From Minisyncoccota bacterium (GTDB lineage Bacteria > Patescibacteriota > Minisyncoccia > Phycocordibacterales > CALRHW01): a stretch of DNA of 64,000 bases. The stretch spans positions 309,780 to 373,779 of the forward strand of contig JAXLZT010000001.1 in the NCBI GenBank assembly GCA_046350795.1, written 5' to 3'. The notes below the pieces were generated by a model. That model was not told the DNA's origin, ran no database searches, and saw only the letters and a list, made by a program, of their open reading frames with translations. Position numbers and translations under genes: made by a program. Below, piece after piece: positions 62,726-64,000 of the stretch (the first letter of the stretch is position 1; each line of letters starts with the position of its first letter).

Positions 62726-63652
62726 TTAGATTTTACCTGCGTGAATGTATAAATATATGTCTTCAAGTGCTTTTACTGCGTCTCCGGCGGCTATGTTGTT
62801 TTGATGATATAGACAATCTGTGCAATCTCCAGCTGCCCATATGCCATCGGTTGCTGTGCGTTGTGTCTTTGGATCTACAGGTATCTGACCGGTTTTATTT
62901 AATACAACTATATTTTTTGCAAAATCTGTAGAGGGGATTAGGCCTATTTCTACAAAGATGCCTTTTACAGCAAGCTCTACTTTTTCTTTTGTTGTAGCAT
63001 CTTCGTATACGATGGCATTTACAAACTTATCTCCACGTACCTCTACTGGAATGGCATTTTTTATTGCACGCATATTTGGGTGAGATAAAACTTTTTCTAC
63101 TGTGACTGGATCTGCTTTAAATGTTTCCCCTCTATTTAAAAGTGTGACACTTTTTGCATATGCTAGGAGTTGGGCGGATGTTTCGAAAGCTGCATTACCA
63201 CCACCCACCACTACCACGTCTTGTCCTGAAAATATTGGTCCATCACAAGATGCGCAGTACGTTAGGCCTTTATTATCAAACACATCTGCGCCAGGAATAT
63301 TTAATTTACGTCTATGACTGCCGGTAGCTATGAGTACTGTCTTTGCAAGGTAGCTATTTTTGTCTGTTGTAACTTTAAAATTTGCTTCTTCACGTGATAT
63401 ATCTTTTACCCACTCACCTTCGTATATAGAAACAACATCTCCAGAATACGCTTTGAGATGCGCTTTTAAATCATCAGCCAGTTTTTGCCCTGATATGGCT
63501 ACTGTGCCAATCCAGTTTTGGATTTCTTCTGATACCACACTTTGGCTATTGAAATCAGCTGTTATAAAGGCAGTTTTCAACTTTTTTCTTGATGCGTATA
63601 CTCCGGCGGCGACACCAGCTGGTCCGCCACCTATGATTATCAAATCATACAT
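62726..63652 (-). CDS. trxB: thioredoxin-disulfide reductase
   Basis: FAD motif 'YDLIIIGGGPAGVAAGVYASR', redox-active site 'CASCDG', NADPH motif 'VVVVGGGNAA' and 'GIWAAGDC' are present. Length is 308 aa. Confidence 0.9.
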   Translation of the reverse strand: MYDLIIIGGGPAGVAAGVYASRKKLKTAFITADFNSQSVVSEEIQNWIGTVAISGQKLADDLKAHLKAYSGDVVSIYEGEWVKDISREEANFKVTTDKNSYLAKTVLIATGSHRRKLNIPGADVFDNKGLTYCASCDGPIFSGQDVVVVGGGNAAFETSAQLLAYAKSVTLLNRGETFKADPVTVEKVLSHPNMRAIKNAIPVEVRGDKFVNAIVYEDATTKEKVELAVKGIFVEIGLIPSTDFAKNIVVLNKTGQIPVDPKTQRTATDGIWAAGDCTDCLYHQNNIAAGDAVKALEDIYLYIHAGKI

Positions 63653-63658
63653 ATTTTA

Positions 63659-64000
63659 TTATTTTAGTTTTGAACGTCTTAGAAATGCCGGTACTGCGCC
63701 CCAATCGTCATCTTCTTCTGTAGCTGGTGCAGATTTTTTTTCTTCTGTTTGTGCTACTTGTGCTGGTACAGAATTAAATATTTTTCCCTTTGAAACTGGA
63801 GGGACATTTTCTTCTTTTTCTGCACCAGGAAACAAAGAAACTTTCTTATTTAAATGTTCTGGGAATCCAGATGCGATCACGGTGATCTTGATTTCGTTTT
63901 TCTTTAATTTTTCATCACGTACTGTACCGAAAATGATGCGAGCGTTTGGATCTGCTGACTCTGTAATGATTTTTGCTGCGTCTTGTATTTCAAACATTGT
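63659..64000 (-). CDS. ftsZ: cell division protein FtsZ, C-terminal portion (gene starts beyond window end)
   Basis: '[27 protein letters not shown]' is the end of the FtsZ GTPase C-domain. The extreme C-terminal '[13 protein letters not shown]' matches the conserved FtsZ C-terminal peptide (D/E-I/V-P-x-F-L-R). Confidence 0.8.
   Translation of the reverse strand, partial: TMFEIQDAAKIITESADPNARIIFGTVRDEKLKKNEIKITVIASGFPEHLNKKVSLFPGAEKEENVPPVSKGKIFNSVPAQVAQTEEKKSAPATEEDDDWGAVPAFLRRSKLK

Noticed and set aside
1-64000. Possible CRISPR array
   Set aside because: All regularly spaced direct repeats found are coding repeats. These are the 140-bp repeats inside the giant protein gene, the 12-bp hsdS tandem and the 9-bp Asn/Gly tandem. 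None shows the 28-37 bp repeat with unique-spacer architecture of CRISPR, and no cas genes are present.

Overview
This is 64 kb of a low-GC (~35% by eye) bacterial chromosome. Its gene content points to a Patescibacteria/CPR-like organism (inference from small housekeeping set, giant surface proteins, and O-antigen-ligase/TPR membrane proteins). From left to right the window holds:
(1) a nonulosonic (sialic-acid-like) sugar biosynthesis cluster (TagF-like transferase, CMP-sugar synthetase, methyltransferase, NeuB-family synthase);
(2) core genes: Wzy_C/TPR membrane protein, murB, secA, a thioredoxin-like/DsbB pair, P-type ATPase, MYG1, obg, gatB;
(3) a cell-surface locus at 19.0-31.0 kb with paralogous secreted proteins, a 2122-aa repeat-rich fibre-like protein carrying a phage-tail-fibre-type C-terminal intramolecular-chaperone (peptidase S74-like) domain, and a glycine-rich protein, directly followed by RNase P RNA;
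(4) core genes: membrane/TPR protein, murJ, lepA, ftsB-like, glutaredoxin, tRNA-Arg, tRNA-Phe, hsp20, prsW-like, tsaD. They are interrupted by two anomalous GC-rich (~50-55%) islets of unknown ORFs;
(5) a ~16 kb defence/mobile island between tsaD and tRNA-Glu. It contains a Thoeris-like pair (TIR ThsB-like plus 2TM/Macro-like ThsA-like), a LexA-like repressor, a ParB-methyltransferase fusion, phage TerS/TerL, a large serine recombinase, a Shedu/DUF4263-like nuclease, and a complete type I R-M system whose HsdS carries a 12-bp tandem (ELEA)x3 repeat;
(6) tRNA-Glu, tRNA-Val, a dockerin-repeat/peptidoglycan-binding secreted protein, a CAP-domain protein, trxB, and the 3' end of ftsZ.
No CRISPR array or rRNA was found.
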